In this document: one piece after another, positions 1 to 6,385 of the stretch
Layout of the letters: each line of letters starts with the position of its first letter
Numbering within the stretch: position 1 is the stretch's first letter
Source of the DNA: a virus
Virus record (IMG/VR): IMGVR_UViG_3300045988_083488
Coordinates: 1 to 15,226 of that record
DNA: 15,226 bases
Strand: one strand, 5' to 3'
Program-made: the position numbers and the translations under genes
Notes under the pieces: model-generated
The model's input: only the letters and a program-made list of their open reading frames with translations
The model's database searches: none
Told to the model about the DNA's origin: nothing

Positions 1-52
1 AGAGGGCTTACGTTATTCCCAATGAGACCACGTCCCACATTTTGTTAAAAAA
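1..52. repeat. Left inverted terminal repeat (52 bp perfect; homology continues through nt 54-65 after a 1-nt indel at G53)
   Basis: AGAGGGCTTACGTTATTCCCAATGAGACCACGTCCCACATTTTGTTAAAAAA equals the reverse complement of 15175-15226. CACGAAAAAATA (54-65) matches the reverse complement of 15163-15174. Confidence 0.97.
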
Positions 53-66
53 GCACGAAAAAATAC

Positions 67-95
67 TTGACAAATAATATGGTGTGTAGTATTAT
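67..95 (+). promoter_or_regulatory. Sigma-A-type early promoter (left end)
   Basis: TTGACA (67-72), 17-nt spacer, TATTAT (90-95, reading on as TATTATAAT). It sits just inside the ITR and upstream of the first SD and ATG. Confidence 0.7.
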
Positions 96-140
96 AATTA
101 TAGAAACAAAGATAACACATAAAATAAGGAGGAATAAAAA

Positions 141-461
141 ATGACGTTAAGTAGTAAGATTGTATGGGACGAAACTTTCGGACAGGATTCATATAACTTT
201 TATAAACAGGCGAAAGAAGTTGAAATGCAAATAAATAAAGACGACTATGTAATAGGAATGGTGTTAAGGGTAAATAGTGATTTACAGTTACGAATGTCAA
301 AAATTTTAGAACAAGGCGGAAACGATAACACGGGTAGAGCTATAGACTATATGTTGAGAACTATCGGAAGATATCTCCATAGAACATATTGTGTAAAAGA
401 GCATAGATACATGGCAACCATAGATTTAGTGTTGAAAAAATTTATTTTAGAGTGTATATAA
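141..461 (+). CDS. Early protein of unknown function; C-terminal half fits a ribbon-helix-helix (RHH) pattern (speculative)
   Basis: AAGGAGG at 126-132, 8 nt before ATG 141. The segment MVLRVNSDLQLRMSKILEQGGNDNTGRAIDYMLRTIGRYL fits a beta-strand/helix/helix CopG/Arc-like layout. No family was firmly recognised. Confidence 0.6.
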   Translation: MTLSSKIVWDETFGQDSYNFYKQAKEVEMQINKDDYVIGMVLRVNSDLQLRMSKILEQGGNDNTGRAIDYMLRTIGRYLHRTYCVKEHRYMATIDLVLKKFILECI

Positions 462-485
462 GAATAAAATAAGGAGGAATAAAAA

Positions 486-893
486 ATGCTTAATGAAGAA
501 AGACGAAATGTTAGAATCCGTGTGATTGATTTTAATACAGGTGCAATAGTTAGAAGTGAAGAGATTTTATCTGGTGAGTTATTATCAAGAATAGCTTGTA
601 GATTTGCGACTAAAGATACTACTGTTATTGCATCAGTAGATAATAGTTTTTATTGTTACTATATTAATGGCGACGATTTTTTGTGCAGTTCTATTAATGA
701 TATTGAAATAATTAGCTTTTTTGAGGATGTATTATCAGGAGTGTATGATTATGCACGAGACGCTTACCATATACAATATGGTAGAGTTATAGGATTGCTA
801 CAGTTACGTCATAATTATAAGCATACTGTATTACTTTCTTGTATAAATAACATATGGAATACAAGATACTATAGAATAGCATACAGACAATAA
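486..893 (+). CDS. Early protein of unknown function
   Basis: The 25 nt ending at the ATG are identical to those of the preceding gene (ATAAAATAAGGAGGAATAAAAAATG). The 135-aa ORF shows no motif I recognise. Confidence 0.6.
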   Translation: MLNEERRNVRIRVIDFNTGAIVRSEEILSGELLSRIACRFATKDTTVIASVDNSFYCYYINGDDFLCSSINDIEIISFFEDVLSGVYDYARDAYHIQYGRVIGLLQLRHNYKHTVLLSCINNIWNTRYYRIAYRQ

Positions 894-921
894 TATGATT
901 CAACAGAGGAGGAAAAAATAA

Positions 922-1374
922 ATGGTTAAATATAGACTTCATAACATCACAGATTTTGGCGTAGAACTCCATGACTTCTACACTGAAAACTCACTAAATA
1001 ACTACATAACCTTGTTTGTAGACCCTCCATATTGGGTTGAAAATTTAGAAACACATGAAAATGTGTATACAGGTTTTGATGGGCATATCGAAACTCATTT
1101 AGTTAATGAAAATACAGTAGTTACCCCCAATAAATTAGGCGACTTAAATGTTTCACGTGAAACATTACATGAAAGTGAAATAGAATGGATAAAAAGACAC
1201 AATATTGTAGAAGAAAAAGAGCCATTTATTAAATCAGAAAAAATATTCTATTTCTTAGCTATGTTATCTGTCATTGTCATGGCAATATTTTTACTATATC
1301 TTTTCTTATCTATTGTATCATTTATAGCAGAGCACTTTTCAGAGTTCACTTGGAAAGTATTTAATATTTTATAA
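922..1374 (+). CDS. Early C-terminally membrane-anchored protein, function unknown
   Basis: SD GAGGAGG at 906-912 precedes ATG 922. The C-terminus has a long hydrophobic stretch, IFYFLAMLSVIVMAIFLLYLFLSIVSFIA. The gene contains one copy of the 20-bp palindrome in frame (encoding NVSRETL). Confidence 0.65.
   Translation: MVKYRLHNITDFGVELHDFYTENSLNNYITLFVDPPYWVENLETHENVYTGFDGHIETHLVNENTVVTPNKLGDLNVSRETLHESEIEWIKRHNIVEEKEPFIKSEKIFYFLAMLSVIVMAIFLLYLFLSIVSFIAEHFSEFTWKVFNIL
1147..1166. promoter_or_regulatory. Palindrome copy 1 (AATGTTTCACGTGAAACATT), intragenic
   Basis: This is a perfect 20-bp palindrome, identical to the copies at 6313-6332 and 7626-7645. Confidence 0.6.
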
Positions 1375-1385
1375 GGAGGAAAATC

Positions 1386-1580
1386 ATGGCAAAATTAACA
1401 AACCAATTATTACGCTACAAAGTGATGTTTACGAAAGGAGGCACAGGCGGTTACACCGCTCGTGTCATGATACCAAAAGAAGCCATACGCGATTTAGGCA
1501 TTCACCCGGGAGACAGTATTGAATACACACGTGTACCGCATGGCTTACTCTTAAGAAAAGTGCAAAAGGAGGGCGACTAA
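1386..1580 (+). CDS. AbrB/SpoVT (swapped-hairpin) family DNA-binding protein; putative transcription regulator
   Basis: ARVMIPKEAIRDLGIHPGDSIEYTRVPHGLLLRK matches the AbrB/MazE/SpoVT domain pattern (v-IPkeir-LGi--GD-le). The protein is a 64-aa single domain. SD AAGGAGG overlaps the upstream stop codon. Confidence 0.75.
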   Translation: MAKLTNQLLRYKVMFTKGGTGGYTARVMIPKEAIRDLGIHPGDSIEYTRVPHGLLLRKVQKEGD

Positions 1581-1583
1581 AAG

Positions 1584-2294
1584 ATGGCTAATAAGCGTAT
1601 TAAAAAGAAGAAAACAAAAGCTTCTATTTTGCAACAGCAATATGTTAAAGAATATAATAATTATTTAGCTCGTGTTAGAAATCAGCAAAAACAGGGTGTA
1701 CAGGTTCAGAGAATTAAGCGAGTGAAAAAACCCACTCAAGCTTCTATTGAAAGACTGCAAAAACAGACAGCTAAAGAGATACGCGAGAGAGCATCTGTTG
1801 TAAACATGCTTACAGGTGAAATAATAACGTCTAAGGAATATGGACGTAAACATGCACTTGAAATAAATAGAGTTTTTACGAAATTAACACCACAGGAACA
1901 GGAATATGCTAGATTTCATGATTATACAAACGCAAAAGAATTAAAGACATTACAAAAGAGAGGCATCAAGGTAAATATAGCAACACCTGTATTAGACTAC
2001 GAAGCAATTATTGACTCGTTGTATGATTCTTTAGAGAGTTTTGCGCCAAAAACAGCGCACTGGTTAAGGCAAAAAACAGACGCTCTATTAGCTAATGCAT
2101 CAGAGAAAGAAAGAGCACTATTTGCATATACATACGCAAAAGAACCCGAAGCATTTCCAACAGAGGCATACATGGATAAAGCTACGGTTGACGCTGTGTT
2201 TTGGAATATTTTGCGGAGAATGGGCGTTCTTAGTTCTACAGAAGATTTTCAAGAATTTCTACAGGAACAAGATATTGTTATTGAGAACGAATAA
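1584..2294 (+). CDS. Terminal protein candidate (protein primer for DNA replication)
   Basis: It lies immediately upstream of the protein-primed PolB, as in phi29 gene 3 then gene 2. It is 236 aa with a very basic N-terminus (MANKRIKKKKTK) and an acidic Ser/Thr-containing C-terminus. Resemblance to my recalled phi29 terminal protein is only loose. Confidence 0.6.
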   Translation: MANKRIKKKKTKASILQQQYVKEYNNYLARVRNQQKQGVQVQRIKRVKKPTQASIERLQKQTAKEIRERASVVNMLTGEIITSKEYGRKHALEINRVFTKLTPQEQEYARFHDYTNAKELKTLQKRGIKVNIATPVLDYEAIIDSLYDSLESFAPKTAHWLRQKTDALLANASEKERALFAYTYAKEPEAFPTEAYMDKATVDAVFWNILRRMGVLSSTEDFQEFLQEQDIVIENE

Positions 2295-2312
2295 AAAAAG
2301 GGGTGAGTATAA

Positions 2313-4199
2313 ATGCCACGAAAAAAGAAAATAACCTTTTGGGCTTGCGATTTTGAGACAACTGTATGGGGTGAAAAAGTAGAGCAAGAAAAAGGCAAAA
2401 AGCAAGACAGTACGGAAGTTTGGTCGGGAGCGGACGTGGCTTTATATGATGATACTGAAACCGTTACAATAACGCATTCCATAAGAGATTTTTTAAATAG
2501 GTTTTTGACAATGAAAGGAAACAATGTATTATACTTCCATAACCTAGCTTTTGACGGTTCTTTTATTGTTGACTTTTTATTAAAAGAGGGGTGGCGCTGG
2601 GTACACTGTAAAGATAAAGAAATGAATTCAAAAGATTTTCAAACTTGTATATCAGATATGGGTTCATGGTACTGGATTAAATTAAAATGGAATAAGACGT
2701 TTTTAGAAATCCGAAACTCTTTGAAACTTATGCCCTCTTCATTGAAAAATATCGGGAAATCATTCGGGACAAAGCATCAAAAATTAGATATGGATTACGA
2801 GGGTGAAAGATATGCCTATTGTGATATATCAGAAGATGAAAAGAAATACATTGAAAATGATGTGTTAGTGTTAAAAGAAGCCTTAGAAATGATGTTTGAC
2901 GAAAAGCACGATAAATTGACAATAGGGTCTTGTTGTCTGTCAGAATTTAAAGGGTTTTATGAGAACAAACAATATGATAAGTTATTTCCCGACATTAGAG
3001 AAGATTATCTTGACGAATCAATTACAGATGTGTGGAATCAATGGGATTATGTCCATAAATCATATCACGGTGGCTGGTGCTATGTAAATCCGCAATACTC
3101 TCATACCGTAGTAGGTGACGGATTAGTGTATGATGTAAATTCTCTTTATCCGTCTATGATGCATAGCATTAGCGGAAACAAATACCCGTTCGGACATGGG
3201 GAATACCATAGGGGAGCGCCCTCCGATGAACTTATAAGTTCTACTAATAAATATTTTTTTATCCGCTTCAATTGCCGATTTCAACTAAAAAAGGGGGCGT
3301 TCCCGTGGCTTCACATTAGGCAGAGTGCATTGTATAAAGCGAATGAAAATTTATACAGCTCTAATGTAAGATATAGAGGTGAATATTATAGATATTATCG
3401 TGATATTGATGGACAGATGCATGATACTAATATTACCCTCACTATGACTTGTACTGACTGGCAGTTATTTCAAGAAACTTACGATATTTTTGACTTAGTT
3501 ATATACGACTATGTATGGTTTTACGCTAGAGAGGGTTTTTTCGATGAATACATAAATAAATACGGAGAAGAAAAGAGAACCTCAAAAGGTTTTAAAAGGC
3601 AAAAAGCGAAACTCTTTTTGAATAATCTGTATGGCAAATTCGCCATGTCGGATAACTCTTCCTATAAAGAGCCTTATCTTGATGAAGATGGTATTATAAG
3701 ATTTATTTTGCATGAAGAACATGAAAAGAAAGTAGGATATATTCCTATCGGTAGTGCTATTACATCTTATGCAATGAATTTTACAATTCGTCATGCTATG
3801 GCGAATTATGAGCGATTTTGCTACGCCGATACGGATTCTATTCATTTGATTGGACTAGATAAAGCAAATAAGGTTGTGGAGCACCCTACGAATTTCTGTT
3901 GTTGGAAATGCGAAAGTACGTTTGATTTTGCATATTATGAGCGTCAAAAGACTTACGCAGAACATATAGTTGAAGAGAATCATGAGCCTTGTGAGCCTTA
4001 TCTTGATATTAAAGCTTGTGGAATGAGCAGTCAAGCTAAACGCAAATTTATTGAAGAGGGAAAAGACATTTCAGAATTATCCACTGGACTTAGTATGGAA
4101 ACTTGTAATTTGAAAGCAGAGCGTGTACAAGGAGGTATTGTATTAAGAAATAAGGACTTTAATATCCATACGCAAAAAGATAAAAAAATTATGATATAA
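2313..4199 (+). CDS. Protein-primed family-B DNA polymerase (phi29 gp2-like)
   Basis: Exonuclease motifs: Exo I CDFET (D13/E15), Exo II HNLAFDGSF (N77/D81), Exo III YIENDV (Y179/D183). Polymerase motifs: A DVNSLYPS (D274), B KLFLNNLYGKF (K433), C YADTDS (D506/D508), plus KTY (K546). The protein looks collinear with my recalled phi29 polymerase from the MPRK start to the GG-V-L end. Confidence 0.95.
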   Translation: MPRKKKITFWACDFETTVWGEKVEQEKGKKQDSTEVWSGADVALYDDTETVTITHSIRDFLNRFLTMKGNNVLYFHNLAFDGSFIVDFLLKEGWRWVHCKDKEMNSKDFQTCISDMGSWYWIKLKWNKTFLEIRNSLKLMPSSLKNIGKSFGTKHQKLDMDYEGERYAYCDISEDEKKYIENDVLVLKEALEMMFDEKHDKLTIGSCCLSEFKGFYENKQYDKLFPDIREDYLDESITDVWNQWDYVHKSYHGGWCYVNPQYSHTVVGDGLVYDVNSLYPSMMHSISGNKYPFGHGEYHRGAPSDELISSTNKYFFIRFNCRFQLKKGAFPWLHIRQSALYKANENLYSSNVRYRGEYYRYYRDIDGQMHDTNITLTMTCTDWQLFQETYDIFDLVIYDYVWFYAREGFFDEYINKYGEEKRTSKGFKRQKAKLFLNNLYGKFAMSDNSSYKEPYLDEDGIIRFILHEEHEKKVGYIPIGSAITSYAMNFTIRHAMANYERFCYADTDSIHLIGLDKANKVVEHPTNFCCWKCESTFDFAYYERQKTYAEHIVEENHEPCEPYLDIKACGMSSQAKRKFIEEGKDISELSTGLSMETCNLKAERVQGGIVLRNKDFNIHTQKDKKIMI

Positions 4200-4202
4200 T
4201 AC

Positions 4203-4231
4203 TTGACTATATTTAGTTGTTGTGCTATTAT
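4203..4231 (+). promoter_or_regulatory. Sigma-A-type promoter with extended -10 (second early unit)
   Basis: TTGACT (4203-4208), 17-nt spacer, TGc-TATTAT (4223-4231). The context ATACTTGAC...TATTATAAT is nearly identical to the left-end promoter. Confidence 0.7.
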
Positions 4232-4301
4232 AATAATGTAATAAATAAAACATATTACATTACATTCACACTCACGAAAACAGAAAAAAGGAGGAAAAAA
4301 G

Positions 4302-4601
4302 ATGTTTACAAGGACATTAGTGACAGCAGAAGTATCTGTTGAAAGAATCTACAAAGATAAGGAGACAGGTAAAATCAAGAAAGATTCCTTTGACGAAAAA
4401 TTGCCAAATTGTAAGACAAGAGACAAAGCCGAAATCTTGATTGAAAAGAAGTATAAGGGCGACATTGTTTCCATTTTGGGCATTAAATTCAAATTAGAGA
4501 AACGCGCTATGACAGATGAACAGTTCTTACTCAATTCAGAGGTCAAGAGCGAAAAAATTGTTACAGAAGCAGAGTTGAAGGAAATTAAAAAGGAAGATTA
4601 G
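4302..4601 (+). CDS. Small basic/acidic-tailed protein, phi29 p6-like (histone-like dsDNA-binding replication protein) candidate
   Basis: It is 99 aa. EKKYKGDIVSILGIK...MTDEQFLLNS resembles my recalled phi29 p6 KRKYKGEPVQVVSVE...PVEKFLEVA. It has an acidic/lysine-rich C-terminal tail and sits directly before the p5-like gene, as in phi29. Confidence 0.5.
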   Translation: MFTRTLVTAEVSVERIYKDKETGKIKKDSFDEKLPNCKTRDKAEILIEKKYKGDIVSILGIKFKLEKRAMTDEQFLLNSEVKSEKIVTEAELKEIKKED

Positions 4602-4625
4602 CAGGAAAACAGGAGGTAAATTATT

Positions 4626-4976
4626 ATGGTAGAAATTAAAGAAATGAGCAGAGAATTTACAAAGGTCGAGAAGTATCTTATGACTACAGCACCCGACATT
4701 GAACCATTAAAAAATATCGCTGACGGGGAATCTATTCCAGTTGACGGATATATTATTTTTGATGATATCAAAGATAACGGAGATGTGCAGGAGATTGTGA
4801 GCATCATCACATCTGATAAGAAAGTTTATTCAGGGCAGTCTGCAACCTTTAGACAGTCTTTGAAAGACATTGAAAGTGTCATGGACGGTGAAAAATTTTC
4901 TATTATTAAAATTAGCGGAAAGACAAAAGCAGGTCGCGATTATATTAATTGCACCTTAGACGTATCAAATTTATAA
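4626..4976 (+). CDS. phi29 p5-like single-stranded DNA-binding protein candidate
   Basis: It is 116 aa. ADGESIPVDGYII..., EIVSIITSDKKVYSGQSATFRQSLKDIESV and GKTKAGRDYINCTLDVS are collinear with my recalled phi29 p5 segments LPDGTIIEANAI..., [31 protein letters not shown] and GTSSKGNVFFSLQLS. Confidence 0.55.
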   Translation: MVEIKEMSREFTKVEKYLMTTAPDIEPLKNIADGESIPVDGYIIFDDIKDNGDVQEIVSIITSDKKVYSGQSATFRQSLKDIESVMDGEKFSIIKISGKTKAGRDYINCTLDVSNL

Positions 4977-5016
4977 AATGATGTCGTGAGAATACCATTT
5001 TATGTTCTCTTCTTCT

Positions 5017-5046
5017 AAAGAGGTGGCTATATGTCACCTCTTTTTA
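5017..5046 (+). terminator. Rho-independent terminator after the p6/p5-like unit
   Basis: AAAGAGGTG (5017-5025) pairs with CACCTCTTT (5035-5043) around a 9-nt loop. The T-run continues to 5045. Confidence 0.75.
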
Positions 5047-5053
5047 AAAAATA

Positions 5054-5073
5054 ATTGTTTCACGTGAAACATT
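5054..5073. promoter_or_regulatory. Palindrome copy 2 (ATTGTTTCACGTGAAACATT; 16-bp perfect core at 5056-5071)
   Basis: It matches the 20-bp consensus with one mismatched base pair. It ends directly against the AGGAGG SD (5074-5079) of the ATPase gene. Confidence 0.6.
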
Positions 5074-5086
5074 AGGAGGTGTTAAT

Positions 5087-6133
5087 GTGATTAATGATTG
5101 TTATTACCATTGTGACAGGTTGTTGACATTAAAAGATAAAAACGGGAACACACCCGACATTTATATTGTTGATGGAAATAGAACGGCAGGAAAAAGCTAC
5201 TCCATTAAGTGTAGACAAGTTTCTGACTTTTTAAAAGATAAATATAGACCCGAAAATCAATTTATTTATTTATATCGCAATGTCGTTGATATGAAAAATT
5301 GCGCTGATACATATTTTGGTGATATATCTGAAAAATTTGACGGGTATGTAATGACTGAAAAAAGTTTAATGAATGGGGCATTAGTACAATTATTTTTAAA
5401 TGAAGAGCCATGTGGTTATTGTTTAGCGTTGTCTGTCGCTAGAAAATATAAAAAAATGCGTGGCTTATTTGTAAATATCCGTTCTGTATTTTTTGACGAA
5501 TATCAAGACGAAGATAACGTATATCTCTCAAACGAAGTAAATAAGCTTTTATCATTGCTTACAACGATTAGTGCAGGACGCGGAAAGCAACATAGAAGAG
5601 TTATGTTATATATGGCGTCAAATACCGTGTCATTATTGAACCCTTATTATAGCGTTTTTGGGATTAACAAAATGCTAAAATATAATACTAAAATTTTACG
5701 AGGTGATGGCTGGGTATTTGAACGAACTTATAATGAAAATGCATCAACAGCATATAAGGAAAGTGGAATTGCGCGAGCGTTTCAGGGGGCGTCTTATAAT
5801 GAATATGCTAGTGAAAATAAATATCTGAATGACAATGATTGTTTAATCGGAAAACCAACAGGTCAGTCACGTTATATTTGTACAATTCGATTCAATGAAA
5901 AAATGTATAACGTAAGAAGATACGACACTTATATGTATATTTCAACTGGTGCAGATGAAAGTTTTCCGACACGAATATGTTTTACAAAGAATGATGTAAT
6001 AGACAATACGGCTATTCGCGTAAATTCAACCCATTATATCGTCACGATGCTACGGGAATATTTCAACAGGGGGTTGCTTTTGTTTGAAAATTTGGAATGT
6101 AAGAACATGATATTTGATGTCATATCGTTTTAA
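5087..6133 (+). CDS. DNA encapsidation (packaging) ATPase, phi29 gp16-like
   Basis: GTG start 7 nt after AGGAGG. Walker A GNRTAGKS (recalled phi29 GARGIGKS) and Walker B VFFDEY (IVFDEF). NEVNKLLSLLTT and ASNTVSLLNPYY parallel recalled NEVSALLNLMDT and LSNAVSVVNPYF. Confidence 0.88.
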   Translation: MINDCYYHCDRLLTLKDKNGNTPDIYIVDGNRTAGKSYSIKCRQVSDFLKDKYRPENQFIYLYRNVVDMKNCADTYFGDISEKFDGYVMTEKSLMNGALVQLFLNEEPCGYCLALSVARKYKKMRGLFVNIRSVFFDEYQDEDNVYLSNEVNKLLSLLTTISAGRGKQHRRVMLYMASNTVSLLNPYYSVFGINKMLKYNTKILRGDGWVFERTYNENASTAYKESGIARAFQGASYNEYASENKYLNDNDCLIGKPTGQSRYICTIRFNEKMYNVRRYDTYMYISTGADESFPTRICFTKNDVIDNTAIRVNSTHYIVTMLREYFNRGLLLFENLECKNMIFDVISF

Positions 6134-6151
6134 TGTTTCATGTGAAGCATT
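6132..6151. promoter_or_regulatory. Palindrome copy 3, degenerate (AATGTTTCATGTGAAGCATT)
   Basis: It differs from the consensus at two positions. It overlaps the ATPase stop codon (6131-6133) and the first 2 nt of the -35 element at 6150. Confidence 0.5.
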
Positions 6152-6178
6152 GACATATTAAATTATATATGTTATAAT
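6150..6178 (+). promoter_or_regulatory. Full-consensus sigma-A promoter with extended -10, not followed by an ORF
   Basis: TTGACA (6150-6155), 17-nt spacer, TGt-TATAAT (6170-6178). No SD or plausible start codon occurs for about 200 nt downstream. Confidence 0.75.
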
Positions 6179-6183
6179 TACAA

Positions 6184-6340
6184 TGTACCCAAAATAATAC
6201 GAGCATTGTAATTGATATACGCGCACATAGACAAGTAGTCTGATATCAATTTTTGGATTTGCGTCCCCTTTGATTCGATTATTTTGTACCGTACAAAATG
6301 TTTCACGCGGACAATGTTTCACGTGAAACATTTTTATTTA
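6184..6340 (+). ncRNA. Candidate structured non-coding RNA (possible pRNA analogue, or a leader of the lysis cassette)
   Basis: A predicted start about 6-8 nt after the -10 gives an RNA of roughly 150 nt. Long-range pairs: 6190-6198 with 6278-6286 (9 bp), 6200-6202 with 6275-6277, and 6184-6188 with 6291-6295. An internal hairpin pairs 6210-6218 with 6243-6251. The 3' end would be the 6313-6332 hairpin followed by TTTTTATTT. End coordinates are estimates. Confidence 0.4.
6297..6332. promoter_or_regulatory. Palindrome half-site (AATGTTTCACG, 6297-6307) plus palindrome copy 4 (6313-6332, perfect 20 bp)
   Basis: The full copy is an exact consensus and is followed by TTTTTATTT. The half-site sits 16 bp upstream and duplicates the left arm. 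Confidence 0.6.
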
Positions 6341-6365
6341 CAAACAAATCTATTTGTGGTATTAT
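6337..6365 (+). promoter_or_regulatory. Possible promoter for the holin-endolysin cassette
   Basis: TTTACA (6337-6342), 17-nt spacer, TGg-TATTAT (6357-6365). The implied leader is very short, because the SD begins about 8 nt after the -10. The call is therefore tentative. Confidence 0.35.
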
Positions 6366-6385
6366 ATAAAAAAGGAGGTGATAAT

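Noticed and set aside
2095-2334. + strand ORF overlapping the 3' end of the terminal-protein gene; likewise 14874-15092 inside the fibre gene
   Set aside because: Both are alternative-frame ORFs nested in stronger genes. They have no SD and no recognisable motifs.
2505-2532. TTGACA-16 nt-TATTAT promoter-like sequence inside the polymerase gene
   Set aside because: It has good hexamers, but it sits within a continuous, essential ORF with no downstream SD or start that would use it. Such matches are expected by chance in AT-rich DNA.
4235-4261. Hairpin AATGTAAT-N11-ATTACATT in the leader of the p6-like gene
   Set aside because: It is an all-A/T 8-bp stem that overlaps the predicted transcription start. 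It is probably weak and of no demonstrable function.
5024-5033. TGGCTATATG as a possible extended -10 for the ATPase gene
   Set aside because: The hexamer is out of register with the TG. The element lies in the loop of the terminator hairpin and has no -35. The ATPase gene more likely depends on read-through or on regulated transcription.
5056-5071. Resemblance of the palindrome to known Firmicute operators (cre/CcpA, Rex, CodY, Cheo box)
   Set aside because: The half-site order or spacing does not fit. Rex is TGTGAA...TTCACA, the opposite arrangement. cre needs TGAAA-CG-TTTCA. The CodY box is 15 bp with a different centre. No assignment can be justified by eye.
6284-6385. N-terminal extension of the holin ORF back to 6284
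   Set aside because: The extension starts at a TTG with no SD and is translated straight through the palindromes and a promoter. ATG 6386 has a perfect AAGGAGGTG 6 nt upstream.
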